A DNA stretch of 64,000 nt from the human T2T-CHM13v2.0 reference genome, Homo sapiens, in NCBI RefSeq assembly GCF_009914755.1, contig NC_060933.1. One strand, written 5' to 3'. This document shows positions 1 through 16,268 of this stretch, in pieces. A program made the translations under genes and the position numbers. The notes beneath the pieces are model-generated. The model searched no databases, had not been told where the DNA came from, and worked only from the letters and a program-made list of their open reading frames with translations. Positions within the stretch are counted from its first letter, which is position 1. Each line of letters opens with the position of its first letter.

Positions 1-96
1 AGCAGTGAATCGATTCTTTTCAGAGGTTTGTTTGAAAATTTTAAAGTAGAAGTCAAAGGGGAAGTCAAGGGTTGATTCAGTCAAAGTTAGATCTCA

Positions 97-258
<162 letters not shown>

Positions 259-607
259 CTAAGAGCAGAAGAAAAAGTATAATGGCTTTTGGTCACAGAA
301 ATTCTCAGGGTATAGATAAGAAGTCATTCTATTTATAAGTTCATTTACCCATCCATTCACTTACTTACTGGACAAGAATTCATTGAGTACCCACTCTCTA
401 CCAGGCTCCATGTGCACTGCTGAGATATCAGAGATGGGGAGAGTACAGCACAAGCAAAGGTCCTTGGGCCAGAAGGTGCAGAGCAAGTTAAAATAATATA
501 AGGAGGGAGAGACCGCATCTGGTAAGGATGAGAGCACTGCTGTAGACTCCAGGGCTAAGGCTACCACCTGCCCAAGGCCCTGCCAAACTATATTGGGAGA
601 ATGGGAT

Positions 608-750
608 TGTAATGGTTAATTTTATGTGTTAAATTGGCTGAGCCATGGGGCCCAGATATTTGGTCAAATATTATTCTATGTTTCTGTGAAGGGGGTTTTT
701 TTTTGGATGAGATTAATATTTAAATCAGTAAACTTTGAATAAAGCAGATT
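608..750 (+). mobile_element. MLT2-type (ERVL) LTR 5' fragment
   Basis: TGTAATGGTTAATTTTATGTG...CCAGATATTTGGTCAAA...GATGAGATTAATATTTAAATC...AAAGCAGATT resembles the MLT2 5' end. Confidence 0.7.
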
Positions 751-1079
751 TAAAACATAAAATGAAATAATATAAGGAGGCAATAAGCGACCTCAACCAT
801 ACTTAGCTTCAGGTGTTAGAACAGTGGAAAATGTTACTAGATTATGAAGGGCCTTTAAATGACAAGCTTTGAAACTTAAAGTTTATCATTAAACGGAGTG
901 AGGAGCCCTGTAAGGTATAAATGCTAAGCTTTGGAACTTGAAGTTTATCATCACAAGAAATGGGGAGCCTTGAAAGATGTTTGGACATGCCAATGACATA
1001 AACCAAGCTGTGCTTTAAGAAGCTTAATCTGGTAGCAAGATGAATCACACAGGGTAAGGGACTTTGAGGTCAGTTAGGT

Positions 1080-1245
1080 CAGTGGTCCCTAAATATAGCT
1101 CTTTATCACTCTCAGAAGCTTTAAAACAATATGATGCCTGGGCCTCATCTCAGACTGATGGAATCATCAGAGCCAGAAGTTGGGCCTGGCTATATTTAAG
1201 AAACTTCCCAAGTGATTTGAATGTGCAGTCAGTTTGGGGATCTCT
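1080..1245. mobile_element. MER5-like hAT-Charlie MITE, degraded
   Basis: CAGTGGTCCCTAAA start; GATGCCTGGGCCTC and TCCCAAGTGATTTGAATGTGCAG blocks. Confidence 0.55.
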
Positions 1246-2254
1246 TGAGTTAGGAGATGATTATAATAGCCCCATAGGCATGGTAGGATTAAAACTTAAG
1301 CTGACCTCACATGTCTCTCTTCTAGAACAGAGATATCCATGACAGACAGATGTTGACCAACTCTAACTACACTTGTAGTCTGTGGCTGGTCTCTGTGCTG
1401 CTGTACAGAGGAGGTCATTGGTTTCAGTTTGCAGGAAATCCTCTTTCCACACCCTCTTGCTAGCTTCCAATTCTTTTCAGCAAATGACCTTAGTGTCTGG
1501 GATTGGAATTCAACCTACACTCCTAGTAAACCAAGCACAACGATCTTCTCTACAACCTGCAAACAGCCAGCTTAGTTTGGGCAGTCATGCATCAGTGCAG
1601 AAGCCCCTGGAAGGTTCTCCTGCATCCTGGGAACTGGGAAGGTACCTTATCCTGTTTTCTTCAATGGGAGAATTGAGTTTCAGAGAAGCTAAAAGACTTG
1701 CTCTCATTCCATAAATTGTTGGAGGCAGAGGATGATCTTGCATGCGGGTTTCCCAACACCCTGTCCAGGACTCTTTTCTCCTATACCAGGTTGATTTTTT
1801 TTCTAAGACATGTAAAGCTGGTGAATGGACATGCAGAAAAGTAAACTGGGATGAGTGCTCATTTAATACCCAGAGGCCTTTTTGCAGCCCCCCAGTTCTA
1901 GTCCCTGGGGGAAAGATCAACTGTCAGGGATAAAGCTGGGTTCATTGAATTACTTAGGAATACAATTACCTGTCAGTTCTCTAGGCTTCTGTGCAAAGCC
2001 ATTTTCTAGGCAATTAGGGTACTCTAGATCAAAATGAGACTCATGATTCAGGTAAACACAGAATCCTAGAATGCCTGACAAGGAGAAGACCTTAAAGATG
2101 GATAAGTCCAAGGCATTCATTTTACAGATGGGAACACTGACACCCAGAGAAGATAAAGGATTTGCTTCAGCTCACACAGTGAGATAGTTCATTGTTATAT
2201 CAATTCCAGGAAGGGGCATGATAGTTATTAGCAATGTGTCCAGTTCTGGTTAAA

Positions 2255-3270
2255 TATGACAGATTGGATACAGCCACTCATCTCTACTTGCTTCTAAAAC
2301 CCACTAAAAAGAGAGCAAGAGAATGTAAGGTATAAATCCATGAAGATGAGGGGAATGGGAGAGGAGACAGCAACAGGTGTGCCAGAAACTTGGTAGATAG
2401 AAAGTGAGTGGTAGAGAGACCATGGAGGGGAATGAATGAAGAAGGCTGAGGTTAACTAAGGAGCATGGGCAGAGCTAGTCAGAGGCTGCTTGGTGCAAGT
2501 CACAGAGTCCAGCAAGTTCAGTAAAGGAATGTGTACAAAAGCAGAGATGTCTTTAAAGGCCAATGTGGAGTGTGGTTGAACAAAGGTTTGGTTTGTTTAG
2601 AAGCTTTTTTGTAAGAAACAGACTCTAAGATCTCTTCATTCCCTCCAACAGTCTAAATGACTGCCCTTTCCCATTCAGATGGTAGGCTGAGGTTTACTCT
2701 CTGGAAAGGTTGAGCCAGAGAGGAAGTCCGGATTCAAATCCACCAGGCTCAGCCTTCAAGGAGGCCGAGGTGCTACACTGGAAACATAATAAGATGAAAG
2801 TTTGTACACAGTGAGAGGCCAGGTTTTATGGCACTGTTATTTGGGGGTCCCCCAAGAAAACTGTGGGTACTTGCCCAATCATTCTGCAGGGAGCCACAAA
2901 GTTGACAAGCCCTGCCTGAGCTAACTCCCTATTAGCTCTTTCATTCCTAGTTCAAATACAAAAAGACAGACCATGATCAACAGACATTGGGTGGATGTCT
3001 CCAACATGAAAGACAGAAACCCAAACCAAACCAAACTCAACAACAGCAGCAAAACAAAGAAACTTGTAACAAACACTGTGCAGGATATAGAATAAAATAC
3101 CAGCAACATATTCTTAGAGATAAAGAGATGATGATATAGGAAGCACAAACAAAATGCCAGAAAAAGATCAATGTGTGGAGAACAAGCAAAAGATCTTGGA
3201 AATATAAAGTGAGATAACCAAAATGAAAAATTCAATAACAAGTTTGGAAGGTAAAGTTTAGGAAATCTCC
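2255..3270 (+). mobile_element. Old L1/HAL1-like fragment (5'/ORF1 region)
   Basis: A-rich plus strand with degraded ORF1-like sequence (AAAATGAAAAATTCAATAACAAGTTTGGAAGGTAAAG); no intact ORF. Confidence 0.45.
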
Positions 3271-3771
3271 TTCGCTTGTTTGAAGATCTAAAGTTATTTC
3301 AAATTAAAAGGTAAAAGAAAGAAAATTCTTGGGTAGCGAATATAAATAATATAAACACTGGATAAAAATGGTATTAACAGTTGATATCATAAGAACACGG
3401 TGAAACATATTACAATATATAATATAAAGATACCATCTGTGAGATAATACATATGGCAAACATGCAGAGAAACCTTTTGGCCTTTGTTCAACAAAATATT
3501 AAAGGATCAAGATTCCAGCTCCTAAAATGTCCTCAAGTCTTGTAAGCAGTGGTTCTTGATCTTGGCTGCCTATCAGAACTGGAGTCTGGTTAAAATGAAA
3601 GAGGCTGGAGAGTATGATTCAGAAGGTCTGGCATGCCATCCAGTCTCTACTAATTTTTTTTTTTCAGCTCCCCAGATGCACTGGGGTAGAAAAACAGCAT
3701 CAGGTAATTCTTCCATACTTTGAAGATCATGCAAATGCTTCAACTAGCATTGAGGAGTTGTTATATACTTA

Positions 3772-3942
<171 letters not shown>

Positions 3943-4609
3943 TCAGCAAATGTAGGGCAGAAATTCGGGCTGGGTATCAAGAAGACTGGGTTCAAGTCCT
4001 TTCCCTACCACTGAACTACGTGACCTTTGGCAAGAACTTCCTCTGTATAAATAAGGTGGTTGAGCCAGATGATCTCCAAAGACAAATTCTCTATGGTTTA
4101 TCTCATCCTAAGGGCTGGATGTTTCTAACTGGCCTTGGTTGGATTTAGAGAGAAGTATACAGCTGTGAACATCATTATCAAGCCCCTTGTTTCTAAGTAA
4201 GAGGATGGATGAATGCTAATATCAATACTCACCCTGACAGAGAGGATGGTTCCTCTGTTTCCCTGCTTGCTATAGTTTGTAAAAAGCTCTCAATGTATAG
4301 AAACCTAACAAACATCTAGGAAAAATTGCCTAAAAAATATGCCTCTTCAAAAATATTTTCCTGCCTGGAACGTGGATCATTAAATACTAGGTTTAGGGCC
4401 AGTGGGAACTGTTTTTCCACTTACAAAGCCCTCCTCTTAAAATCTTTTCCTTCCCCGTGGGGAGACCAAGGTCATTTCAGTTCAAAAGGAAATAGTGTGT
4501 TTCTTCAGGCCTTGACTGAGTGGGCACTGGTGAATTTAAGTGATGCTGATGTAATCACATTGCAAGGCCCTGACTTAAGAAAGAAGAACTGGCTAGCGGT
4601 TCCTGTTTA

Positions 4610-5065
<456 letters not shown>

Positions 5066-5391
5066 TCAGGAGATTTTTTTCCCACATGGTACTGGCTGGA
5101 ATCGCTTTGCCACTGAGACCGAGGTAGAGGACGGTCGGAGGGGACATCCCCAAGCCTGCTGCCCATGCTTAATTTGTCCTGATGCATGCTCTCCTCTCTT
5201 TGTCACTTTTTCACATGCCCTTTTATAATTTACTAAGTGTCATCAAGTCATTAGGCTGAGGGGTCACAAAAACTGGACAGCAGTAGCTGCACCAGAGCCT
5301 GGCCACTATCTCTCAGGCCTGCTGGGTCATGTCCAGTGGTGGAAAGCAATACTGATCACATTGCTTGGGGGCATGTGTTTATTTCCTATTC

Positions 5392-5504
5392 ACAGGTGAC
5401 CAACCATCCTGGTTTGCCAGGGACTGCGGGATTTCCTAGGTGTGGAACTTCTGGTGCTAAAACTGAGACAGTACCAGGCAAGCGGGGACAAGTTGGTCAA
5501 CTTA
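5392..5504. mobile_element. MER81-like hAT-Blackjack MITE
   Basis: About 113 bp with imperfect terminal inverted repeats GGTGACCAAC...GTTGGTCAAC and internal CCTGGTTTGCCAGGGAC / CTAAAACTGAGACAGTACCAGGCAA. Confidence 0.75.
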
Positions 5505-5978
5505 CCTCATCATTTGTGAGCACCACCCCCTCTTCTGAACCAAGCCCCTTGTTTGCCCTGAATCTACAATCTCCATGGTTCCCATGAACTATACCTGATT
5601 CATTTTAGGTGCAACACCATCTTTCCTGACTCAGAAGAGTTTGCTCACAGGGACTATTTAAGAATTAAAGAGTAAAAAGAATAAACCCAACATCCCTCCT
5701 CCCCATCAGTTCCCCACCCCTACCTGTGCTCTGTCCTCAAAAAGACCTCTCTTAGTTGGTTACCATAACTGAATGAAAATTTTCAGAGGCTCCAGGCACA
5801 GACGCTGGTGCCTGCTCATATTGTCACTGAGAGCAAAACAATACCAAACCATAAAATATGAAACTTACCTATACCTGGAAATTGAAATTACACAATTATT
5901 TCTAGAGTAGCTCATTACAAAATGGAGGGGTTCATTGAAAAGCACTCTCTCTTTCTCCAGTCTCTTACTTATATTTGA

Positions 5979-6400
<422 letters not shown>

Positions 6401-6715
6401 TAAAATTTCAGACTTTTTAATTAAATCTGCTAAAACTAGCTTCTTTTGTGGTCTCTGAAAAGTTGAGACTGCTCAGTATGGCCTGAAGCGGTCTGGTTAA
6501 GATTTTAGATTCTGGTTTTCTTCTTTGTAAAAGATGACAACTGTTTCCTAAACGGGGTGTCTCACACTGGTAGGCAGAGATACTAACAGGAGAGGAGGAA
6601 TGGGCCAGGAAAACATGTAGAGGCTGGAGATGTATTTTTATTTTTATTTTAAATGACCTACCAGACTCCCTTGAGGTTTCAGTTGGGAGCCACATGAACA
6701 TTACTGGCCTTTTCA

Positions 6716-6985
<270 letters not shown>

Positions 6986-7354
6986 TCATTGGGTGGGACA
7001 TCAGACTCTAGCTGCTCTGCTGTCCACACTGCTTATGGAGTCCTGATGTTAGGACAGTGTCAGCTGCATGGAATGGTTCAGAGACCTAAGCCTGGAGCCA
7101 GCCTGACCTGGCTTTGAGTAATGACTCCCTCCCTTGCTGGCTCAGTTACTTTGGGCCTCTATATCCTCATGTGTAAAATAGGGATAGTAATTCTGGCTGG
7201 TTTCATCTTCAGTGTTATTTTGATTTTTCCATTATATTATGGGTGGAAAGGAGCTGTGTAAACTGAACAAGGCTGAACACATGACAAGAATTATTATTGT
7301 TTATATTACTTTCCCCAGAGAAAGAACTTACACAGAGGGGACTTGCATAGTTAA

Positions 7355-7703
<349 letters not shown>

Positions 7704-8759
7704 CCGAGCCTTTTCTGAGCTTTGAGTGGTATTTCTCCTTAGATGGCTTGCAGAGAACATAAAGCCAGGCTCTGGAGGCCGGTGGTCCCGGGTTCTACCA
7801 TGGCTTCTCTGCCTGGTGCCTCTGTGCCCTGGGAAAATTCATTTCCCTTCTCCAAACTTCACTTTCTTCAGCTGCCAAAGGGTGACTGTTTAGTTAATAA
7901 AGACTAGCTAAGCAATGTGTGATGTGTAAGATGTACTAGGGAAAGCTCTCAATACTTGCAGTTGTTATTAAGATCTCTATTAAAGGTATTTGAAGTCTTA
8001 AGTATGGTTTTCAAATGACTTGTTCTGAGAAAGGATGGATATTCAAAGGATATTTATCCCTGGCCTCTTTTAACTGACCTCTCCTACTACCCAACATCAC
8101 TTTCTCAGAAGCCAGCATGAATCTGACCATTTCCTCTTGCTTTTGCACTTACTACTCAATTGTGCCCATGCCAGCAGCCCTGGCGAGGGTGGAGGGAAGC
8201 TATCCTCAGCTCATTTCACAGAGAGGCACCTGAGCCTTGAGGGATGAAATGACTGGTCTGAGAGCCAGGATGTGGCAGGGCAACTGGGGAGCCCACATTG
8301 TCCACTCTGAGTTCCTTCCTGCTTCACTGTGCATGGACAGAATCTCCTTTAACTGGTGATGACAATGGGGCATTGGGAGGAACTACGTTCAGCTTTTGCC
8401 ATCTGTTGCCGTGGAGAATCCACTGATGAAAGATTTCTTTGGGGAAATAAGGGCCTGTGAGGCAGGGTGGACGGGACTCTGGGTTCAGATGGGATATTTT
8501 AATTGTGTGTTGTCAACTCTTTCAGGCTATGAGGATATTTTAAAAATTTCCTATGAGGTCTATTCTTTGTATCCCTTAATGAGTTGGACTGGATAATTGC
8601 TCACATATCAAAGGATAAATTGTTTTGAGACATGGCTGTCTGAAGAGAAATTTTCCACTTCATTCTCCTTCAATGCAATTCATTATTTTCCCCTCTTTAC
8701 AGTGTACTGTACAAATCAGGTTACACTAGGAAAGGAACTCTTTATTTTAGAAGGATAGA

Positions 8760-8935
8760 GAGTTTGGAGTCAGACCGACCTATGTTCAAATTTGGTTCCA
8801 GCATTTACTAATTATGTGGGCTTGGCCAAGGTATTTCATTTGTCTCAGTTGTCTCCTCTGTAAAATGGGGATGATAATAGCTGTGGGGATTAAATGTGAA
8901 GGGTTTAGTAACAGTGCCTGGAATGCAAGAGCCAC
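8760..8935. mobile_element. MIR SINE
   Basis: TTTGGAGTCAGAC...CTCAGTTGTCTCCTCTGTAAAATGGGGATGATAATAG core. Confidence 0.7.
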
Positions 8936-9417
8936 CAAATAGAGAGGAGCTGTTTTGTAGCTGTCACCATCACATGCTCATGTGAAACACCTGCTTTGAG
9001 GGACACTCACAAGGGTTCCAGGCAATAGGCGGGGAGGTGAAGGTGATGGTGGGCTAACATGAACAATTGTATTTCAGGATGCTTTACAAACACAGCTTCA
9101 TGTGATCCTTACCATACCCTGTGAGGGAAGCAGAATTGTGTCTGTTTTACAGAGAAGGAAAGTGGACCCTAGTAAAATGGACTGATAGCTCATGTAGTTG
9201 GTAGAATTTGGATTTAAATTCAGGTAAGTATGACTCCCAAACTTGGACTTTTTCTTTCACAATAGTCCAGGAAATGGAGTCCCAACAAGGTTAAGGTCAC
9301 CCAGCTCACCAGAGGCTGGGATGGGCCAGAAGAGAGGCCTCTGGCACTCTAAATCCAGTTCACTTTCCACTAGGATCTCATAAATAAAACCCCCCTTTTT
9401 TTCCAGCTGCTGAGTCA

Positions 9418-9714
<297 letters not shown>

Positions 9715-10793
9715 TCACTGTTGCCCCCAAAAAGAGTGTATCTGATTTAGAAATGAAACTATATCTTCATCAAACACCACTTTCTTGACTTCTCATTTGC
9801 TCCTACCCTCTGGCATAAGGGAAGAAGGCTTACTTTTTGTATGCTTTTTCTATTGGTGCAGATGCCAAAAACAAAGCCGGGGCGGGGGGGGAACATGAAG
9901 TCACAACGTACTAAAAATGGCAAGTTTCCGTTCAGTAGAGAGCTGGCACGTTGTGCAAATTTTATCTTATTATTTTTCCCCACAAACAATATGGGAAGCT
10001 TACTATGTAATGTATATCAGATCTATTGCACCCATTGTCTTGGCTTAGGATTATAGACTCCCTTACTAGAGGAAATTCTACTTAAGAAAAGAAAGTTGAT
10101 TATAGTCAAGTTTGTGCTGCAGTGTTTATTAATAAACACAGAAATTGTATTTCTTAGAATTTGGGGGCTAGTGAAGAGCTTGCACATCAGCTGGTCAGAC
10201 TTCCTATAGAGACAAAACAGCATTCCTGTGAAGAGGTTATTAACCATCCTCTCTTTATACACTTTCAGCAACAGGTAGCTTACTACCTGCCAGAGTGTCT
10301 TTAGGCAGATTTGACTGGGCTTCCTCCTTGTGGTCTCTATTATAGCCCATGCGCTTTGAGTTAGAACTCACAAATTTTCTAAGGCACAGCTTGCCATCAT
10401 TTGCTGAGACAGACAGATTTGGTACCCAAAGGTAAAACTTCACATATATCCAAGACTAGCTTTTCAGATGAGTGTGCGCAGGGAGAGAAATGCCAATATA
10501 TTTAGAATCTTTTGCCATTGTGTGCAAACAATACTAGAGATCTATTTCTCATAGAATTTTATAATTTCAAGGTTAAAAAAGGTCTTGTTCAAGTGACCCT
10601 TCACAAGAAAGTTTCTTCTAAGAACCTCATAGCACTTTACAAATGAGTTCTCTTCTCTCCAGATGGTCTCACAAATAAAGAATTCATTTTCTTTGATCAT
10701 GATGTTAGAGGATGAAAATTATCAGGGTCTTTTTCATGAATCCATCCAAACCCACAACACTCCTCCTCTCTCTCCCCTTTCCGAGTCTCCTAC

Positions 10794-10916
10794 CTCCTGT
10801 AATGGGCACATAGGTAATCCGGAAGCTCTCCACTTGGGCCGTGGGTGCCCTCCAGCTGACAGTAGCCGAATTTTCAGTGATGTCTGAGAAAATGACTTCC
10901 TTTGGGGAGCCCATGG
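10794..10916 (-). CDS. TNC: TNC exon 18, FNIII-6 N-terminal half (123 nt)
   Basis: ACAG|CCATGG...GGAG|GTAGGA; (A)[40 protein letters not shown]. Confidence 0.97.
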
Positions 10917-12024
10917 CTGTCAAGAAGAAAGCACAAGAGAAGCCCAGAAACAGTTAACTGTCTTGTTCATCAATGGTTCTTCCTGAATTCCTTATTTAGG
11001 AAAACTCAGTGCCTAGAATTTGTGTCTGAGCCAAGCCTTTAGGATGGAGAATGTGGTGATCTGTGGTTAAGTTGTGACTTGCTAGGACCAATTGTTTCAT
11101 TTCAGGTACAGGGCCCAGGGTTGTAGAAAAGTCATTTGGTCTAATTCAAGGGGAGTGATAGGACCATAGCTGACTTCCAAGGAATCGTGGGAGAATGGTT
11201 TCCCAGATTGGAATGTGACCCCCGTTCATTTTTGATTTTTAACATTTTCTTAAATCTTTGCTTTCTAGTTCCTTTTATTAAATAATACTAAGACTTGACA
11301 ACTGTACAGTTCTTTGCAATTTATAAGGCTTAATCCTCCTGTAGAAGCCCCCAAAAAGATGTGATTATAGCCATTTTACAGAGAACCAAACCAAGGCTTC
11401 CATGAACATTCTTGTGATGTGATCTTTCTGGGTCCCAGGAGTAGGCAGCAGAGCCAAGCACAGCCTGGAATCCTGGAAATAACGTTCACACAAACACTGA
11501 CCTGGGCAAACCCATTCCTAGAACTGGAAGGAGGTCCAAAGCCAAGAGAACAACCTCAGGCTCATCACCAAAGCAAACACCCAGTGGACACTGGGTCTAC
11601 CTGTGAGAAAAGCCATGCCCAGGGGGAGTTTCTGCCTCCCAAAATACCTCCCCTCAAAACCCAGTTTCCTTTGGCTTTTCTCTGTGTATTTTTTGGCTGC
11701 GATTTTTGCCCTCTTCAGCTAACCATGCCTACCCAGAGAATTCAGGAAACAATTTTCAGGCTCTAGGGAACTCACTTCCTCATCTTTTCCCCTCTCCAAC
11801 CCACAGGGATTATTACATGCTGAAACCCACAGAAATTCAGCAAGGGTTTTTTTTTCTTCCTCTTTCTGCATTTTTCTCTCATCTAAGACATCTCCTCCTA
11901 CAGCTTTCTTCTGTGGCCTGGTAGCCACCCCCAGACTCTGTGGCTGCCTGGGTTTTTGCCCTGCCCATGGAAAGTTTCAGAAACCACATGGGTCTCTGGA
12001 GCCTGAAAGAGCTTAATTGTCCAA

Positions 12025-12205
12025 ATACCACTGAGAGGCTGGGTGACCTTGGGCAGGTCCCTTCACTTCTGTGAACCTCAGTTTCTCCATCTGTCCAGAG
12101 GGAAAAGTGGTACCCACCCACAGGGATGTTTTGAGGATTAGCAGAGATAACAAATGTGAAACTCCCAGCACAGCATCTGGCATGCAGTGAGAATTCAGTA
12201 AATAT
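12025..12205. mobile_element. MIR SINE
   Basis: GTGACCTTGGGCAGG...CTTCTGTGAACCTCAGTTTCTCCATCTGT core. Confidence 0.7.
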
Positions 12206-12962
12206 GATTGCCCTCTCTTTATTTTCTTTCCAATGTCCCTCTTTCCTCCATGGGCCATACTAGACTTTAAGGTGTCCCCTAGGAAAGATCGAGATGAGTC
12301 TAACTGGGAAAAAACAAACAAACAAACAAACAAACAAAAAACAGTGAGGTGTATAAACTCAGGCACTGAGGACTTCCCTCTGCCAACCTGGTGTACTCGC
12401 ACTATTGCTTTGACTGAAAACCTCATTGGTGTAGGTACATTTTAGTAGGTGTATCTTATGGCCAAACACATTAATAGCTAATATGGTTACTGTGGGTAAA
12501 GAAATTCTGCTAAATACTTGACATTCATGATCTTATGTAAACCTCGTGGCTGACCTTTGAGTTAAATTCTATTTTCCAGATGAAGGAATTGAGGTAGAGC
12601 CATGATGAAACTCCAAGGACACTGTCCCATGGTTGTTGGCTTAACCACCAGGCAACACTGTCTCCCACTGCCCTTTCTACTGCCCTGGGCACCCAGGGCT
12701 GGCAGCTTGTGCTATGGAGAGGTACCTTGTGAGTGAGAGGAGGAGCTACAGCAGGGCCTTCTCAGGAGGAAGAGGGATAGGACATTACAGAGAAGAGTTT
12801 ACAATGGTATGAGGGAGGAAGAGAGGAGAGGAGAAAGGATTAAAAAAAAAAAACAAAAGGGGAAATTTATAAACTTGATGAGGTGAAGATAGAAATTAGG
12901 CATCTTCTGTGCTCAAGAGCCCCCTTTCCTGTCTTCTCCTGGTCCTGGAGCACAGGCATGTA

Positions 12963-12963
<1 letters not shown>

Positions 12964-12994
<31 letters not shown>
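12964..12994. repeat. (AC)15 microsatellite followed by GCACGCACGCGCATG
   Basis: Direct read. Confidence 0.95.
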
Positions 12995-12995
<1 letters not shown>

Positions 12996-13934
12996 GCACG
13001 CACGCGCATGGGCACCTCTCTTTGGCTATAAGCTACTAGGCTCTAGAGAAGAAAATCAAAGAGAGGGCTTTCCAAAAGAGCAGGGTCTGCCTTGCCTTTT
13101 TTTTTTGTTGTTCTTAAAAAAAATTCAATTCATGATTATTCATTCTCTTTTTTGCTTTAGAACTGCAGGGCTTCTAGAAAAAAAAGATCAGCAAAACAAA
13201 TCAATGATCAGAAGAAGTAAACTTCGAAGAACACTGTTTATAAACCAAGATCAAAATCAAGGCTCTGCCTCTGATCTGGAGTCGTTTTATGGGCAGCCAC
13301 AGGGAGGAGGAGACTGAGACCTGCATCCCAGGATAGGGTGTCCCTGTTAATAAGAAACAGGGTTTTTCCCTCTTACTAGGTTGCTGCCTGGATTCTAGCA
13401 TTTTCTCCAAGCCTACAAATACTGATTATTATTTTTACATGGGTGATTTCTTGCCACTTATTAGGTCCTGAAAACTTAACAATATAAAATATCTATCTTT
13501 AGACAAAAAGGAGAGGTTTTGGCAAATGTCATGCCTATGCCTGTCAGAGATGGCAAGTAGCTATATGCATTGGTTTTCTCTCATCCAGACTGCTCATTTT
13601 AAATAGTATTAGAATAAGCTGGTCATTGGGCTTTACTCCAAATCTAGCTCTATGATCATAGAAAAATCATTTCACCATTCTGGTCCTCAGAGTCTTCATG
13701 CACAAACAGAAGAGGTTGAGCTACATCATCTCTCAGGTCCCTTTTATCTCTCCTGGTGATTTTGTGGTTCTGTCCCCTGGTTCCCTTTGAAGCAGCCATC
13801 TCCAGTGAATGCTATGTCTCTGCATCTCCCTCAGTTTCATGAAATAATTTACTTGACTTGTTGGAGGTTTTTCCTTTTCTCTTTAAAAAGTCATGTTCAT
13901 CTTAGTATTATTATTATTACAAAGAGTCATATTA

Positions 13935-14259
13935 TTACTACTGTTATTATTATCATTATTTGAGACAGAGTCTTGCTCTGTCGTCCAGGTGGGAATGCAG
14001 TGGCACGAACACAGCTCACCACAGCCTTAACCTCCTGGGCTCAAGAGATCTTCCTGCCTCAGCCTGCAGAGTAGCTGGTACTACGGGCATGAGGCACCAC
14101 ACCTGGCTAAGTTTTTGATTTTTTTTTTTTTTTTTTTTTTGTACAGGTAGGGTCTTACTATGTTGCCTAGGCTGGTCTCAAACTCCTGGACTCAAGTGAT
14201 CCTCCTGTCTCAGCCTCCTGAAATGCTGGGATTACAGGTGTGAGCCATCACTCTGGGCC
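13935..14259 (-). mobile_element. Alu (AluJ-like) with target-site duplication and expanded middle linker
   Basis: AAGAGTCATATTATTA flanks both ends; divergent dimer. Confidence 0.9.
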
Positions 14260-14579
14260 TAAGAGTCATATTATTAACCATCTTTTTTTTTTTTCTCCTT
14301 GAAACAGCTCCTATGGAAAAAGGTAATTAAACTCCAAGGACACTCTAGGTGCCTTTCAGAGTTGTTATGAGTATCAAAATTAGAGAGCTTCATAAACAGT
14401 AGCATGTTAATCTTGCCAGCTCTCTCCTTTATCCTTGCTGATCACCGTACTGATTATTCACATGTAGCATTTTATAAATATTAATGTGTATAGATAGACG
14501 TGCTGCTTCTCCATTATCTCCCTACTTGGTATAGCTCGAACATTTGGCCAAAGAACAAGGAAGTGTATCTCTGGATAAA

Positions 14580-14628
14580 ATGATGAGATATGATATGATG
14601 AGATGAGATATGATGAGATAATAGATAG
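14580..14628. repeat. Degenerate (GATGA/GATAT)n pentamer repeat
   Basis: TGATGAGATATGATATGATGAGATGAGATATGATGAGATA. Confidence 0.8.
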
Positions 14629-14699
14629 AAGGAAGAATCTTTGGAACGTAAAAAAAAAAGATGATAATTGTAACGATGATGATGCATTAATGGCAACGT

Positions 14700-14915
14700 G
14701 AATAGCTCTCATTTGCTGGGCCCTTGCTACCTGCCAGGCCTTCCGCTATGGGCTTTATATGAATTATCTCATTTAATCCTCACAACCCTATTAAGTAAAT
14801 GGCATCATACTTTTTTTGCATAAGGACTTAGCCAAATTGTCCAAGGTAACACAGTCTGTAATTGAAAGAGTCAGGATCAGAGCGCCAGCCTGCCTGCATC
14901 CAAAGCTCCTGTGAT
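14700..14915. mobile_element. MIR SINE
   Basis: ATTATCTCATTTAATCCTCACAACCCTA...TTGTCCAAGGTAACACAG. Confidence 0.7.
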
Positions 14916-14921
14916 TACTCA

Positions 14922-15305
<384 letters not shown>

Positions 15306-15984
15306 TTACCAGTCCGTGCAATCTTCTCTCCAGTAGGGGTATCAATATGTAGTGATGCCCCGGCTTTCAGAGATAGAAGTGTCCTGAGATACCAAAAATA
15401 AAATCATTCAACATTAACAAGTCCAGTAGAGTCAGGAGAGGGGAAAGATGGAGTAGACACATTCAATACAAGTCAAGCATATGTTTGCATATGTGAGTTT
15501 TGTCTAAAAGCAATTCAGTAAATCCACATCTGGACTCAGCATTGGCCCGTCCCACATATTATTAAATAAGTTCAAAGCCAGTAAATTGTTTACATTTGCT
15601 CTCTGTCTTCCAGTGGCTGAGTGCCCATCCCCTGCAAGACCTTTTTCTTTTCTTTTTGAAAAGACAAATAAACCAGCATTAATGATCTGTAGAGCTGCTC
15701 ATGATGATACTGCTGATTACATTCTCCTTGAGCCTGCCCAAAATGGCTTTTAAAATGTTATGGTCTTTTTGCTTTGTTCTTAGTGCTGTTTCACTAAAGA
15801 AGGCTCCTACCCTTGACTTTTTTTTTTTTTTTTTTGCATTCTTTCTTGTTATTTTATTAACTATTAGATAAATGTTCAGATGGTAGAACTGAGGTTGGAA
15901 CCTTTTGTGCTACATACTGTGGACCCAGGGTTTCATCTTGCATTGCCTTAACTAGACAAAACTCAATGTCAATGTAGATTTAGA

Positions 15985-16268
15985 GCTGAGTTTCCCAAAG
16001 TGTGCTCACAGTGAACTATTCCTGTTTGATCCTCTTCCTTAAAAAGTATCCTTTGTCAAATAAGTTTGGAAAATACTGCCTGGATAAGTACTTCTTGGAG
16101 ATGATGCACGTTAGGGTGTTCTGAAAAGCCGTGCAGTTAAAGATCCTCTTTAACTTTGTTTAACTCAGTCTTTCCAAACTTATTTGAACGTGGAATTTCC
16201 TCACCGAGTAGGACCTTTGAACATTCTGTGGAGCTAGTAATCTCTAGAAAGACTTTGGGAAACACAGA
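15985..16268. mobile_element. hAT-Charlie-type MITE (MER102/MER112-like; subfamily uncertain)
   Basis: Terminal inverted repeats GTTTCCCAAAGT...ACTTTGGGAAAC and an internal inverted pair TCAAATAAGTTTGGAAA / TTTCCAAACTTATTTGA. Confidence 0.7.
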
